In this document: positions 37,258 through 52,325 of the stretch, one piece after another
Layout: every line of letters begins with the position of its first letter
Position numbering within the stretch: position 1 is the stretch's first letter
NCBI GenBank assembly: GCA_028534125.1
Contig: CM052818.1
Coordinates: forward strand, 13,022,001 to 13,086,000
Source of the DNA: Lama glama
Taxonomy: Eukaryota
DNA: 64,000 nt
Direction of reading: 5' to 3'
Made by a program: the position numbers and the translations under genes
The notes under the pieces: generated by a model
The model's database searches: none
What the model saw: only the letters and a program-made list of their open reading frames with translations
What the model was told of the DNA's origin: nothing

Positions 37258-39715
37258 TTAGTGGGAAGGCTTTCAGTTTTTCACCATTGAGTATTATGCT
37301 GGCTGTGGGTTTGTCATAAGTAGCGTTTATTATGTTGAGATATGTCCCCCCGTACCCACTTTGGTAAGAGTTTTTTTTTTTAAATCATAAATAGGTATTG
37401 AATTTTATCAAATACTTTTTCTGCATCTGTTGAGATGATCATATGATTTTTGTCCTTTCTCTTGTTAATGTGGTGTATCACATTGATAGATTGTGTATGT
37501 TGTACCATCCTTATGTCCCTGGGATGAATCCAACTTGATCATGGTATATGATCTTTTTTATGTGTAGTTGATGTTGTTGGATTCTGTTTGCTGATATTTT
37601 GCTGAGTATTTTTGCTTTTATGTTCATCAATGATATTGGCCTATAATTTTCTTTTTTGGTAGTGTCTTTGTCTGGTTTTGGTATCAGGGTGATGGTGGCT
37701 TCATAGAATGAGTTTGGGAGTATTCCCTCCTTTTCAATCTTTTAGAAGAGTTTGAGAAACATCAGTATGAGTTCTTCTTTGTATGTTTGGTAGAATTCCC
37801 CAGTGACGCCATCTGGTCCTGGACTTTTGTTTCGTGGGAGGCTTTTTATTGCTGATTCTATTTCATTTTTAGAGATTAGGCTGTTCAGTTGATCTATTTC
37901 TTCTTGATTCAGTCTTGGTGGACTGTATATTTCCAGAAACTTGTCCATTTCTTCTAAATTGTCCAGTTTGTCCATATAGTTGTTCATAGTATTGTCTTAT
38001 GGTTTTTTGTATTTCTGTAGTATTGGTTGTAATGCGTATGATCCTTTTCGTGTATTGTTGGATTCATTTCGCTAATATTTTGTTGAGGAATTTTACACCC
38101 ATATTTATCAAAGATATTGGCCTGTAAATTTTTTTCAATGATATTGGCCTATAATTTTCTTTTTTGGTAGTGTCTTTGTCTAGTTTTATTATCAGTGTGC
38201 TCATGACCTCATAGAATGATTTGGGATTGTTCCTTCCTCTTCAATTTTTGGAAGAGTTTGGGAAGTATAGATACTAGTTCTTCTTTACATGTCTGTCAGA
38301 ATTTCTCTGTAAAGTTGTCTGTTTCCTGGGACTTTTTTTTTAATTATTATAAATTCAACTTCACTTCTAGTGATTGATCTGTTAAAATCATCTGTTTCTT
38401 CTTGACTCAGTCTTGGAAGGTTGTATGTTTGTAGAAATTTGTCCATTTCTTCTACATTTTTCAATTTGTAGGCATAAAATGTTGATAGTATTGTCCTAGA
38501 ATTTTTTGTATTTCTGTGGCATTGTTTGTTATGTCTCCTCTTTCATTTCTTATTTTGTTTATTTGAGTCCTCTCTCTTTTCTTCGTGGTCAGCCTGGCTA
38601 AATCGTTTTCAGTTTTGCTTATCAAAAACCCAACTCTTTGTTTCTTCTTTTCTGTTGTTTGTATTTCATTTATTTCCTTTCTGATCTTTATTATTTCTTT
38701 CCTTCTGCTGATTTTCTCTTTCTTTGTTCTTGTTTTTCTAATTCTTTTAGGTGGTAGTTTAGGTGGTTTGTTTGAGATTTTCCTTGTTTCTTAAGGAAGG
38801 CCTGTTATCTCTGTGAACCTCCCTCTTAAAACTGCTTTTACTGCATCCCATAGATTTTGTAGTGTTTCCATTTTCTTCATCTCAAGGTATTTTCTGAAAT
38901 GTGTTTGACTTCATCATTGACCCATTGGTTTTTTAGTAGCATGTAATGTCCTCATGTTTGTTCTTTTCCCATTTTCTTTCCGGTGTTGATTTCTAATTTC
39001 ATACTGTTGAGGTCAGAAAAAAGTGTTAATACAATTTTTATCCTTCTAAACTTATTGAGGCTTGTTTTGTGCTGTAGTATGTTATCTATCCTGGAGAATG
39101 TTCCATGTTCACCTGAAAAGAGTGCATATTCTGCTGTTTTTGGAATTAACACCCTGTAGCTCTCACTTAAGTCCAGCTGGTCTGTTGTGTTATTTAATAC
39201 TACTATTGTCTTATTGATTTTTCCATCTGGATGAGCTGTCCATTGATGTCAGTGTGGTGTTTAAAGTCCCCTACTATGATTGTATTGTCAATTTCTCCCT
39301 TTATATGTGTTAGTATTTGCTTTGTATATTTACATGCTCCTGTGTTGTGCACATATAAGTTAATGAGTGTGATAGCCTCTTACTGTATTAATCCATTTAT
39401 CAGTATATAATGTCCTTCTTTGTCTTTTATTATAGTTTTTGTTTTAAAGTCTATTTTGTCTGATGTAAGTATTGCTGTCCCCACTTTCTTATCATTTCAT
39501 TTTGCTTGATATCTTTTTTCCTTCTCCTCACTTTGAGTCTGTGTGTCTTTCACCCCAAAGTGAGTTTTTTGTAGGTGGCATATTTCAGGATCTTGTTTTT
39601 TTTTTAACCCAATCTGCCACTCTGTCTTTTCATTTGAGCATTTAGTCCACTGAAATCTAAAGTAATTATTGACAGGTATGTACATACTGCCATTTTAATC
39701 TTTATTTTCCAGTTG

Positions 39716-40282
<567 letters not shown>

Positions 40283-42569
40283 ATTTTCCAGTTGTTTTTG
40301 AACTGATAGTCATGTAAGTTCAAATGCATTCTAAAAGAGCTACATTTTTACTCCCCTCCCCCAGTTTTTCTTTTTGATGTCACATTTTACATCTTAAGCA
40401 TATCTCTTAACTGTTTATTGTCATTATTGTTGCTTTTACAAATTTTTATCTTTTAATCTGTGTGTTGGTTTAAGTGATACTCAATCCTTACTATATATTT
40501 GCCTTTTGGGATTTTTCCCTTTCCTATATATTCTTGCTTCTTTTCTATTTAAAGAAGACCCTTCAGTATTTCTTTTAAGGTAGATTTAGTACCTACTTTA
40601 TAGTTTTTGCTTGTCTAAGAAATTATTTCTCTCTCTTTCTATTCTAAATAATAATCTTCCTGGGTAAAATATCCTGAGTTGCAGGTTTTTCCCTTTCAGG
40701 ACTTTGAATATATCATGCCACTCCCTTCTGACCTGCAAAAAATCAGCTGATAGCTTTATGGGGTTCCCGTTGTATATGACTCTTTCTCTTGTTGCTTTTA
40801 GAATTCTCTTTTTATATTTAACTTTGGTGATTTTAATTATGATATGACTTGTGGGTCTGTTGAGGTTCATCTTGTTTGGGACCTTCTGTGCTTCCCTGTA
40901 CCCAGATGTCTGTTTCCTTCTGGTTTGGGAAATTTTCAGCCATAAATCATGAAATAGCTTTTTAGAAGTCTTAACTCCCTTGTTTCTTTCTGGAACCTCT
41001 GTAATACAAATGTTGGCATGTTTGATGTTATCTCAAAGATCTCATACATTGCACTCATGTTTTTTCATTTGTCTGTGTGCTGTTCTAATGGGTGATTTCT
41101 GTTACTCTGTCTTCCAGATCACTTACACATTCTTCTGTGTCATTTAGTCTATATTGATTGCTTCTAGCAGGCTTTTTATCTCAGGTACTGAATTAATCTC
41201 TTTCTGATTGTGTCCTCTTTATAATTTCTAGTTCCATGTTAAAATGATTTGTGTTTGGATCAGTCTTCTTCCCTAATTCAGTTAGCATTATTATTACCAA
41301 TATTTTGAATTATCTGTTTGGTAAATTGCTTATTTCTATTTCATTATTTTTTCAGAGGTTTTCTCTTGCTTTTTCAGTTGAGAGTAGTCCCTCTGCTTTT
41401 TCATTATGTTTAACTTTCTTTGTCTCTATGAATTGAGGTGAAACAGTTACCTATTTTGGTCTTGAAGGGGTGTTCGTATGTGGGAGTATACCTATGGAAA
41501 CTGTGTGCCCAGTGCCTTTGCGGCAGGCCTGAATTCAATGTGGATGCCAGTCACGTCTTTCCTCAGGGAGTGCTGGCAGCTGTCACCTTGGTTGGGGGTG
41601 TGGCTGGTGATAGAGGAGCTAGAGCCCAGGAAGGGTGTGAGGCGAGACTTCTTTTCTACTCAGTGGCTGTAACTGACTTATCAGGAGTGGAGTCTACTGC
41701 CAAGTTGCTGAAATAGAAGACTTGAGGTTTGGGCTCAGTTAGCTCTGTTCCCTTTAAGTGTGTGTTTTCCCTTCTCCCCACATTAGGGCCTGTGCCCCAA
41801 AGGAGGGGGGTTCTGAAGCAAGTGGAGCTCATGCACTTACAGAGGTCCAGTGTTTTGCCTGTATAGGCATCTGGGGCTTTGCTCAGACTTTGCCCCTGGT
41901 AGCATCTTTTCCCCTGTTGTGGCCACCCCAGGTCTAGTGATAGACTACGGCATGGAGTGGGCAGGGTGGGAGCGTTCACTTGGCTTGAGCTGGGGACCTC
42001 TCTCTGCCATGCCTGGGGGGCAAGCCAGCATGTATGAGCTCCTCAGAACTGGAATCTAGTCTTCTCCAGTCTTTCTGTCTGTCCCAATGCTTTTCTGGCA
42101 GCCAAACAGGCTTGTCTCCTACAGCTAGGACCCCAGGACTGGGATACCCAGTCTGTGGTTTGACTTGCTCACTCCCCAGGGCAAGTGTTTGCCTGTGCAG
42201 TCTCCCTTTTCCTCTTGGTCCTCTGCCAGGGGCACAGGTCCTGACCCAATACTTTCCTTCTCATCCTACCCAATTATGTGTGTATCTTTCATACAGTATT
42301 GGTTGTATAGGAATCCTTCTGACAGTTTCCAGTTAGTTTTCCATGAGTATTATTCCATGTGTAGATGTATTTTTGATGTGTTTGTTGGAGGAGGTGAGCT
42401 CCACATCCTCTTACTCCACCATCTTGCTAATTTCTTTTTACTCTGTTACATAAAGATAACATAGACCCTCTCTTTTGTGATAGTAGTTAAAGGGATCAGT
42501 TATTTAATTATCTTGCAGTTTTCTACATCAGCAGACCAAATATTCAATTCATAACATTTAAAGTATGTA

Positions 42570-43180
42570 ATATTATTAAGTAGGATTTTGGGTAGTCAGT
42601 AACAGAATCCCAAATCAAAACCAATAGGGCAAATTTGGATCTCTCTGAGAGTCTGGAAGCTGGGTTGGATTCCAGACAAGGTGTAATCAGTGTTTCAGCT
42701 CCCTTTCTCAACATTCTCTTGGCCCTACCCTTTGACGTGTGTATGCTTTCTCCTCAGGACGAATTCTCAGTGACAGTCTACATGGCTGCATGCAGCAAAC
42801 AGCTCTTCCTTAGCACACCTAACAAGAGGAAAAACATAAATAACCTCTCGCCTTCCCATGAAGTAGAATTTCTTCCCCAGGAACTTAGATGAGACTTGCT
42901 AAGTCATGTTGCCACAGTTGGGACCTAGCAATACATGGTAACGTGCTGATTGGGTGAAGATTGGCTTCCTGAACAGATTATTAGCAAGTAAAATAAGATT
43001 ACCAACACGGACTTTGAGTCGAGGCTATACAGTCATCAAGATTCAGCTCTGGAGTTCGAAACAGCTTCTCCTAATTCTCTTGGACTGTGTGAAAGAGCAG
43101 TGTCTTTCTAAAGCAAAGGAAAACTGTCTTAGAAAAAAAAGAGAAAAATGAATTTTGGGTAGCCAGTCAGTGTATTCACT
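42570..43180 (-). mobile_element. Old MaLR LTR remnant (MLT1J/K-like)
   Basis: gtcagtaacagaatcccaaatcaaaac...acatggctgcatgcagc...gctgattgg. Resemblance only. Confidence 0.5.
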
Positions 43181-45079
43181 GCTGAGTAGTGGAGCTAGGC
43201 TGAGCCCAGGGAATGGTGGTGGTTTAAAGAAAAAATACCCTGGAGACTGTTACCCGGCCTGTCAGAAACCCGTTCCTGCCTAACCCAGATTTTTGCAAAG
43301 GGAAAACAGATTTGAATAAGACCTTTCTGAAATGCGATATTAAGCTTAGGCAGGCTAGTCCATACCCAGCAATGGCCCCTAGAATCAAAGGCTAATTCCA
43401 GGTTCTTTGCGTTTCTATAAAACTGCACTCCTCATTAGCATATGAATCTGTTGTTGCCATGGCAATTATGATGTATATTGTATGCTATCACTTTAGAACA
43501 GGATCTAGAAAACTGAAGGTTCTGGTTTAGGAAACAAAATCCTTCTTGGTAATAAGACCAAATGGAATTTTAACTTGGGCATCAAAACTGTGAGAAACAT
43601 TACTGCAAAATGAGAGGATCTTGGGCTTTAAAGGGACATTCTTAAATCTCGATGAAGTGAGACTATACTTTGATTTATCTTTATTTCCAAATGGTTTTGA
43701 GGGAGCTTTAACATTTAAACTGGTATAAAATAGGGCAATTAAAAAACTAAGAAAGAGAAGGAGGGAAGGACAAAGGAAATGGAAGAAAGTGAAGCGAGAG
43801 AGAAATGTTGGATGAGGTTCGGTTGTATACCCATCTTGGTATTGAAATTTCCTTATTAGTCCGCTGTGTTTATTCTACAACTTGGTTGAAGAAGCAGGTC
43901 AGGATGCTGGTTTGGGGAGCTACTTCATCCTCTGTAAATTAAGTAAGTTAAGTGCAGAGGAGATGGTGGGATAAATTTCTAGACAGGCTGTGTCAATAGC
44001 TAAGGATCTGGGTGTTACCAGTCCAAAGACTTCGCACCGTGTCTCTGATCCAGATATGCTTCCTCGCTGTTCCAGCCTGGAAGTGATTCTCTCTCCTCGT
44101 CTGCCTGACCCAAGGAGGGAGAAGTTATGTGCAGGAGTCAAAATGTCTGGCTATTGTCAGTTATCCCAGGGTCCCACACAACACATGTATTAAACTCTTC
44201 CTTGTCTGGCACACCCTTGCTGCCATGCCACCTTTGTAAATAATGCCCTCCAGCATATACTTTGAATTATGGATCCATTTTTCAACAAGATACTGTTCAT
44301 CTCCTTTCTTTAAAGAATTCATCATAACTGCCAGTCCATTAAGTCTACTATTTTTAATGTTCTACTGGGATTATGAATTCATTAAGTATCTCCTCAGTCA
44401 TTTTTAGGGTTCAAGGCAAGAGGGGGATGCTGTAGCAGATACTTATTCTATTATTTTGAAGTGAAAGTATTCTCAGATGTGTCTATAGTGACATGAAAAA
44501 CAAATATAGGGTTAAATAGTTGTGGGAATTGTTTTTCAAACATACTGTTCCTGTGTGCAATTCAGACAAATGTCCTTTTTCTCCACTCCCACAGTCATGA
44601 TCTGTGATTAGTCACAAGGCCTGTGGAAGGCTGAATGTTATGTAAAGAACAGACCTTGAAAGTATGTACGTGCAGTTAGAATCTCTTTATGTGGTAGGTT
44701 AAATGTTGATGCAGTCCCTTCTCCCAGCCTAATGGTGTAAATTGCCACAGCTCATGGGTCCAGGCTCCTTTGCCCTAAAGGACTTGCCATTGCTCCCTGT
44801 GGACTGTTGAGGTCATTGAATTTGGAAACTAGGGAGGCAATTAGGAACCTTACAATAACTTGGCAAGATGTTATCTCCATTCGGCATGTCAGGACACTGA
44901 GGCTCGCGGAGGTTCAGCTGTTCAAATGCCTGGAGCTAATTATAGAGTCAGATGCTGAACTTGCCCGCCCAAAGTCGGCTCACTAAGCCAAAGGCCTCTA
45001 TTCAGTGCTGCACATACTTGACATTGCCACAGCCCAACATGACAGCACCAACTTCTTTTGTAATTATTCCTACCAAAAA

Positions 45080-45155
45080 TCTTAACCATATGAAATTGGT
45101 ACTTTTATAATCCAAAGATGGTCAGATATTGATAATTTCATATAGTTCTACCTCA
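45080..45155. mobile_element. MADE2-like mariner MITE
   Basis: ~75 bp with inverted termini aaccatatgaaatt (45084-45097) and aatttcatatagtt (45134-45147). Matches the recalled MADE2 consensus. Confidence 0.8.
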
Positions 45156-46425
45156 TATACTGTCCTTTAATTGTGTAATGAGATGGAGAAATTTTTCTTT
45201 TTGAAGTCAGTATATGAGTTTCCTCTTAAAGGCTTCATGAGCTCATTGAGCATTTACTTTGATATGCCAGACTGAAGTAGGTAGATCCTTTCCAAGAACA
45301 GGTGACAAGATTTCTAATGGAGGATTGGTTTGCACTTGAGGTGAAGGGGGATGAGGCAACAGCAAGTTTACCACAGAGTGAAAACTCTGGAAATCAGTAG
45401 AAGCCATTAGGAGACTTACCACTTCCTCAAGATCATGAACATGGATGTCTGAGGCAAACTTATCTCGATCTCAAGGATAAAGGTAGTTTCTACTGGCATC
45501 CAAGATACTAGTGTTCCATGTATTTCTTGAGAACAGTCAGCATGATGAGTCAGGAACCAAAGCTGTGTTTACTCATATGGTAGTGGCAGGCATTCATTAA
45601 AAGTTCATTGACCTAAGCATTTTGCTGGATGTCACAGATCTAAATTTTCCAAGTGCCTTGAACATGCACTAGAAACTTAAGGCATTCATTTTAAAAGCTT
45701 AGATTCTGATTGTCAGTCTATCAGCTTTAAGGCAGGTAGTTATTCTGCCAAGATATGTAAATTAACTTTTGTTCTAGGGAAAATGAGGTCCTAAACTAAC
45801 AAAATGGTATATAAGAGAAGGGTGCCATTCGCTTTTATTGATAAACATATTGGGCATTAGCAAGATTCAGGTCCTGGGCTGTCCATCTACTATGCCATTT
45901 AAAGTATGGGCTAATGCTAAGTACAGGAAGCCTTATTCCAGTCTTCTTAGTGATTTCCAGCAAGTATGTGTGTGCTCTGCCTGAGGACATGTGTGTATAT
46001 ATATGCGTATTTTCCAGTCTACGTCTTGGCATATGTGTATATTATCTTCCCCCAACAATGTGTAAGCTTAAATACAGAGGCCGAGTTTTCCACTTCTTTA
46101 GTATTTCCCCTCTAGTATATTCCTTTTTGATTACTAAGTAATTGAAGTTTAATCTATATGAAAGGTTTAATAACTTATTCTTAAATATTCTTAAGTATCA
46201 TTTTAAATGTTTAGCTCCATTATAACAGAAGATATTGTGACTTGAGGATCTCTGAATGTTAAATCCCTCATTAGGAGTGTATTTCAGCATGCTTTGTTTT
46301 TTATATTTGAGACAGTGGGTCTTCTGTATATTGTCATCACACAGGAGCACTATGATATTTAGCGACTATTAGAAATCTGCTCAATTTAGGAAAAACATTT
46401 TGAAGAAAACACTGAGATTAAATAA

Positions 46426-46431
46426 TTTATT
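46426..46431 (-). terminator. Polyadenylation signal AATAAA (likely distal CCDC85A site)
   Basis: Plus-strand tttatt at 46426-46431. Downstream on minus is tgttttcttcaaaatgtttttc, a U/GU-rich element. Confidence 0.65.
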
Positions 46432-47129
46432 ACCATTGCTAAGATGAACACATATACTTGATACCCAATTTTATGCAGAACTTTAAAAAAATAGTTTTAA
46501 TACAGTATCAAAATTTACACAAGTATTTTTGTCAAAAGACCAGTGTTCCTTGTATTAGCTTCTGCAGGCTCTACTGCAGGCACAAAAACTTGTTTTAAAT
46601 GTCTTCAGAGTATAGGAATACAACAATTTAAGGATGAAAGCTTTTCAGGAGAAGGTGTAAATATAGCAAGTAATTTTCTTTTACACAGTAATAATATTCT
46701 CAAAATATAGAACATTTAAAAGAGCTTAAATCGTAACCCAATTATGATAATTAGAGAGATAATTCTTTAGCAAATTAGTTCATAAATATTTTCTGAAAAC
46801 AGGGCTGCTTTTTCATCACAATAACATTCAGAAAAGTATAACAGAATTCCTTTACATTCCTTCACCAGTGACAATTAATACATGTGTAATAAGCCCATTT
46901 AAAAATGAGAGCAATAACAGAATACCTGCTGTGAATCAAATCAGAGTAAATTAGAAGAAATCTGAAAATGGGAATTGTTGCATTCCTACTTTTATAATCT
47001 TAAACTACAGTAAAAACTTAGCATTCTGTCACAGGCCTCTTGCACATTCATACAAGAAACTATCATTGCATTTGGGTAAACACAAAATACCTATCATAGC
47101 ATTTCCAATACACATAGTCTATTTTTTTA

Positions 47130-47148
47130 ATATATATATATATATATA
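47130..47148. repeat. (TA)n microsatellite in the CCDC85A 3' UTR
   Basis: Direct reading. Confidence 0.9.
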
Positions 47149-48181
47149 CCAAAAATAAGAAACTAAGCAAAGCTAGCACACCTCCTCTTTAAACCTCAAG
47201 CAATCTGAACAAGAGCTTTTAGTTTCAGTAATGAAGGACATGCGTCAGTTTCATAAAACGTTAGATAGCTGCTGTAGGCAAAGAAAGCTTTTTTCATAAA
47301 TGCAGTGCAATATTTTAAAGTTTACAGAAAGTTTATTAAATATAACAGCATGTCTAGAAACTGTAGAAATTGACATCGCACAGCTGGAAACACGTGGAAA
47401 AATTATGTTTGCTTGTTATTTAATTGAAATTGGTAATATTAACAGTAACGAATACACTGAATAAAGATGGAGGTTGATATGTCCCCAGGATGTCTTCATG
47501 AACGGTACATCAGGTTTAAAAGAAAAGGTACATTTATTTTGATCAGTTGAAATAAATGCTACTCTCCGATAAGCACTCTACACAGTCTTGCTACCCTTCT
47601 AGCTGGTAAGAAGAATTTATGTGGTATTTTTAGCACCTCAGAAATCAAAACAAAATCTCAGGAACCTAAGTTATCTTGCATCCACATTAATTGTGCATCA
47701 GGGAACTAGTTTTATGTTGACTAAAATATAAGAAATAGGTGCTCAACTCTTCAACTTGGGAAGCTGGAAACCACCTTTTCATATCTTGAATACAAGATGG
47801 TAGAACACTCCCACCATTATATGATGCAATGATTCAGTTCTGTCAAAACCAGAGGCTCTACTGGACTCCTCCAATCATGCAGGTTTCCCAGTTACAATCT
47901 TAGACCTGAAGAGTCAAAGACGTTTTAGTTCTAATGAAAATATTGGTACCAAAGTGGTTATTTTTTTCAAAGCTACCTTATTTGAGATTGACTGTTGTGA
48001 ACATCAAAGTGAGAGACATAAAATACAACTTCAGTTATACTAAAGATTTTAGAGGGAAAATATGTGCAATGTACAATCACTCCATGTTATTCTTTGAGTC
48101 CAGGTTTGTGGAAAACCACTCTCTTCTTCTCTTTTATCTCTCTGGCAGTGGTGATGTGTCATGTTTGAAAGAGAGTGCTTC

Positions 48182-48295
<114 letters not shown>

Positions 48296-48539
48296 TTAAT
48301 TGTCCTCTTCCGCAAAGAGATTTGTGGGTTGTTTTTTTTTTTTTAATGGGAGAATCTACCAGAGGAGCAAAGAGGGATATGAAGACAAGAGACAGGATAC
48401 CCACATGATGAGCTCAAGCACAGAATGAAATGTGATGCAAGTTTCTAAATCACAAGAACTGCTCAGCAGGTGGGACTGCTATGCTTTGTTAGCAACCAGG
48501 GTCAAAATTCAAGAATGATGGTGCCGGCTTCCTTAGTTA

Positions 48540-48665
48540 CAAGAGTGGTCCTCAACTCTGGCTGCACGCTGCCTACATGGAGTTACTCTCAAACAGGAAT
48601 GGTCACCTGTATGTTTTAAAGTTTCCAACGTGATTCTAATATGTAGCCAGAATTCAGAACACAGG
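48540..48665. mobile_element. MER5A-like fragment (intronic)
   Basis: agtggtcctcaactctggctgcac...gtgattctaatatgtagccag. Confidence 0.6.
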
Positions 48666-51600
48666 AGCAAATTCCTCCTGGTTCCTATATTATATATTTA
48701 TAACGAGGGATACCAAAATGTTTCATCCACTAAGGACCATGAAGGAGTTTTTGTTCTTAGCTGTTTAAGTGCTAAGCTGGTAGCCTTAGAGTCACTAGTA
48801 CATTTCCCTAGTTTTCCCTGCAGAGTGGGGGCCTCAGTTATCATAAATCTTGGCTACCAAACAGTATGGTATCTCGGATTACCACAATAGAAAGCACCCA
48901 AATGGGCAGAGAAAAGATAAGAATAAACTGAAGAATCACTAAAATAGATACAATCTGTCAAAATAAAACCACTGAAACCAACAATGATACACCAATACAC
49001 TAGCGTGAATTAGGAAACACTCAGTAGCAGTCATAACCCTTCTAGAGTATTTCACTATAAGGATCAGGATCAGATTAGTTCCATGAAACTTTATACTGCT
49101 TTAACATGAACACAAAACCAGTCAGCTCATAGTTATTCATAGATTTTTTTTTCTCTTTTTAAAAAGAGCAGATACTCCGGGGAAACCAAGTACCATCCAT
49201 GGTAACACACAAAATATAGGGTTCTGTCTACTTTCATTTATAAGCCAAATGGAACTGTTAGTGTCTGTGGTTTAGCAGACACTACAGTGTGGTGGAGATG
49301 TCCGGTCATATTTGAAGGGAGCTATAGTTATGGTCCTTAAATATTTGGAAAGGAATGATGACAGCAGTGGAGGGCTTTAGCTGCATACAAGGGAGTTAGG
49401 AAGGTGTCATTTCTTAATAAACTGACTGAAGAGGTACAAATTCTGAATCGGGAAGCCAAAGGGTGCTATGGACTTTCCCTTTCTAGCCCTTAAATGGTAT
49501 ATACAATTATATCTACCCAGAATGCTTCAAGGATAAACTCAAATGATCGTGGATATAAGGCAGTAGAGGATTATAACTCAAAAGTACAACCCCTCTTCAA
49601 GTATTCAAATGTAGAATGCAGTGGGCCTTACCCCTGAAATTACCATGTAGTGAAAGGAAACTCAGAGAAGGCAGAACTCAGAAATAAGTCAAGGACATTA
49701 GTTAACTAAGAGAGCAGAACAGGTAGGTATATGAACTGAGATGGTTGCTGAGATGACCACTCAAGCACTTCAGCTGTTCTCAGGGAATTTACAAGAACCA
49801 AACACAAAAACCTAAGATAAAAAACCATTACTACAAAAAGGTCATTTCTTAGAGCGTGGTGTATTTTTGTGGTACAGTTTAGGAAGAGAATAAAAGCACT
49901 TCATGCTTACTAAGCAACATGATGGTACTATGAATAATAGTCTTTTCATTGTATAGATTTCAACAGCTTCTCTTCAGGAGGAATATCAGAGGCTGAGATT
50001 AAAACTTCTGTTATCTTTAAGTTCTACCTGAGTCTCTTACCTGATCTCATGCTATGAGAAAGCTTTACATTTCTGTGACATAACTGTAAAAGCACATAGT
50101 TCCTCTCATAGGTTTAATAGGTTTCAGAATCTTAGCTAGTTTCTAAGAAACCACTTACCTATGAAACTCGCAATCTGTATTTTTCTTTATTCTCCACTAT
50201 TTGCTATGTGTTTTCGATGCTGATACAACTTACAGTGGTGACACAAATATTTTAAATCAGTGATTTTTCCTCTTGGCTTTTAAATAGTTTCCAAATATAG
50301 AAGTGCTAATCAAATTTGAACTAGCTTGCTTTTCTCAAATTTTGGTGATCAAAGACAGAAAAGACACTCCAGAGAACTTCTGAAGGTAAACAAGGAGGAC
50401 AAGCTTTTGGCTTTCTGAAGTCATCGACAGTGCCACTGCCTGTGGCCTTTTGAAGGATTTTTGGAAATATAGGCAAACAAAGATTATTGCAAAACTAATC
50501 AAGATCAAATTCATTAGTGGGTGTCTTTTATGACTAAGAAATAAATTTTCTAATGTCTAGAAATCTTTCATCAAAAAACAGTCATTTATAGAAATTCTGG
50601 CATTCGGCACAGGGAGATGATCTCCTCTGTAAGATATATTGCTTTTCATTCTTGAGGAAAGAGAATTGAAGTGTCCAGGTTAATCACACTTGGGAAAGTG
50701 GGGAGAGCTGGTCCTCAAGGAAAATCTAGGTATACTCCTGACTTCACTCTTCATTAGAGAACAATTTGAGCAGGTAACTTAAGTTCAGGATCTTTCAAAT
50801 TTAAAATGCAAGTGTGGGGTTCTTACCCAGGGGTTCCTATCCAAATTGCTCGTGATCTGGGTAAAACCCAGACTTCAGAATTAGGAAAGAGCCTTATATT
50901 TCTCTTTGAGAACCACTGGGGAATGACCTCTCTGGTCCCTTCTAGTTCTATGTCAGTCTCTGAACTTTCTCATTATATAGTCAACAGATGAGATGCAACA
51001 GGCATCCCTGGGTGTGTGGCTCAAATGTTAAGGTAAATATTCAAATTGAAAACCTTAAGGACAGGTTGAAAAGCTAGAGGGCGAACAGTGATGCATTTAG
51101 AAAATTATGACATCTAGAACTCATGACCTTTTGAAAGCAGACAAAAACATATGCAGGAAAGGAAAGCAAATTCGTGAAAAGGGTTGCAAAAGAAAACCAG
51201 CCACAACACGAGCAAGCAGAGGAGACTGACACTCTTGCCCCAGCACATACAAATGCCGATGGGACTTGCTATTTAACATTTACTGGATTCCAGGAACACC
51301 TTACGGAGGGAGATAAATGAGATATCTGGTCCTAATAGCCTAAAGCTTAAGGGTATTTCTAAGCTATTTTGATATCCTAATGGACACAGAATATAAGGAT
51401 AAAATATCAAGGTAAAAATATAAAGCCAATTCAAACCAGTGCTTAATCAGCCATGAATTTTTGCTTTTAACAAATGTCTTCCCCTACAATATTCTATTTA
51501 GCTTTTTAATAAGCTTCACCAGTTATATTCTTGATTAAATGATACATCTAAGCTTATTACTCAAACATTTAAACAGATTAAAACAATTCAAATCACATTA

Positions 51601-52226
51601 ATAATTACGTAGATTATGCAATCATGAATATCATGTCAGTTTTCTGCTCCTCCAAGACTTCATGTATAGATTTCTGTGTCTGTCTCTTAAGTTCATATTT
51701 ATCTCCTCTTACTATTTTTTGAGCTTAAATCAACCAGTGAAAGGTGAAGATACTACTTTGCATGACGTGAAGCATGCGTATATGAAGAACTAGGGAAATA
51801 CTAACAATTAAGACAGTGACTTTTTCCCCAAGTATAGTTGCAAATAATTTGAAGAAGACTGTTTTTCTTTGTTTATCAAAGGTTTTTAAAACACTGATTT
51901 TAAGGAACTTTAAGAAACAGTATGAAATGGAAACTGATGCTATCAACTAGTAATATTTTAGAAAATTTACTCAAACTTTCACAGTTCATTCAGGAATACA
52001 GAATTGGCTGATGATCGCTTACCTGAATATATTATAACATTACTGTGTTAATAAAACTGCAAGGAAATTTACTAAAGATAAAAATCAAGGGGAATTTGGT
52101 TTGATTTTCATATAAAAATATAAAGGCAATTGGGCAGCATTTTAAAAAGTAGGTATTCATGAAGCAATAACTAAGCTGTGATGAGGCTTTCAACACAGAA
52201 TACACAATAAAGCACGTTAAACTTAC

Positions 52227-52325
52227 ATTGCACATTTCTCTGACTATAGCTTTTTCTGTCTCACTAAGGTCATGTTCATACTCTTTACCCTGTTGACGAT
52301 CTATAGTTTCCTGAACATCCAAGAC
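52227..52325 (-). CDS. CCDC85A: CCDC85A coding exon (99 nt, phase 0-0, probably alternatively spliced): VLDVQETIDRQQGKEYEHDLSETEKAIVREMCN
   Basis: Acceptor caaatccag|GTC and donor AAT|gtaagt, within ORF 52032..52436. DLSETEKAIVREMCN matches the CCDC85A/C C-terminal motif. Confidence 0.9.

Larger units (their letters stand above)
46410..48181 (-). other. CCDC85A: CCDC85A 3' UTR (~1.77 kb)
   Basis: AT-rich sequence with no recognisable interspersed repeat, running from the stop codon to an AATAAA followed by U/GU-rich sequence. The end position is estimated. Confidence 0.7.

Noticed and set aside
45080..45155. Pre-miRNA-like hairpin
   Set aside because: Explained by the terminal inverted repeats of a MADE2-like MITE.
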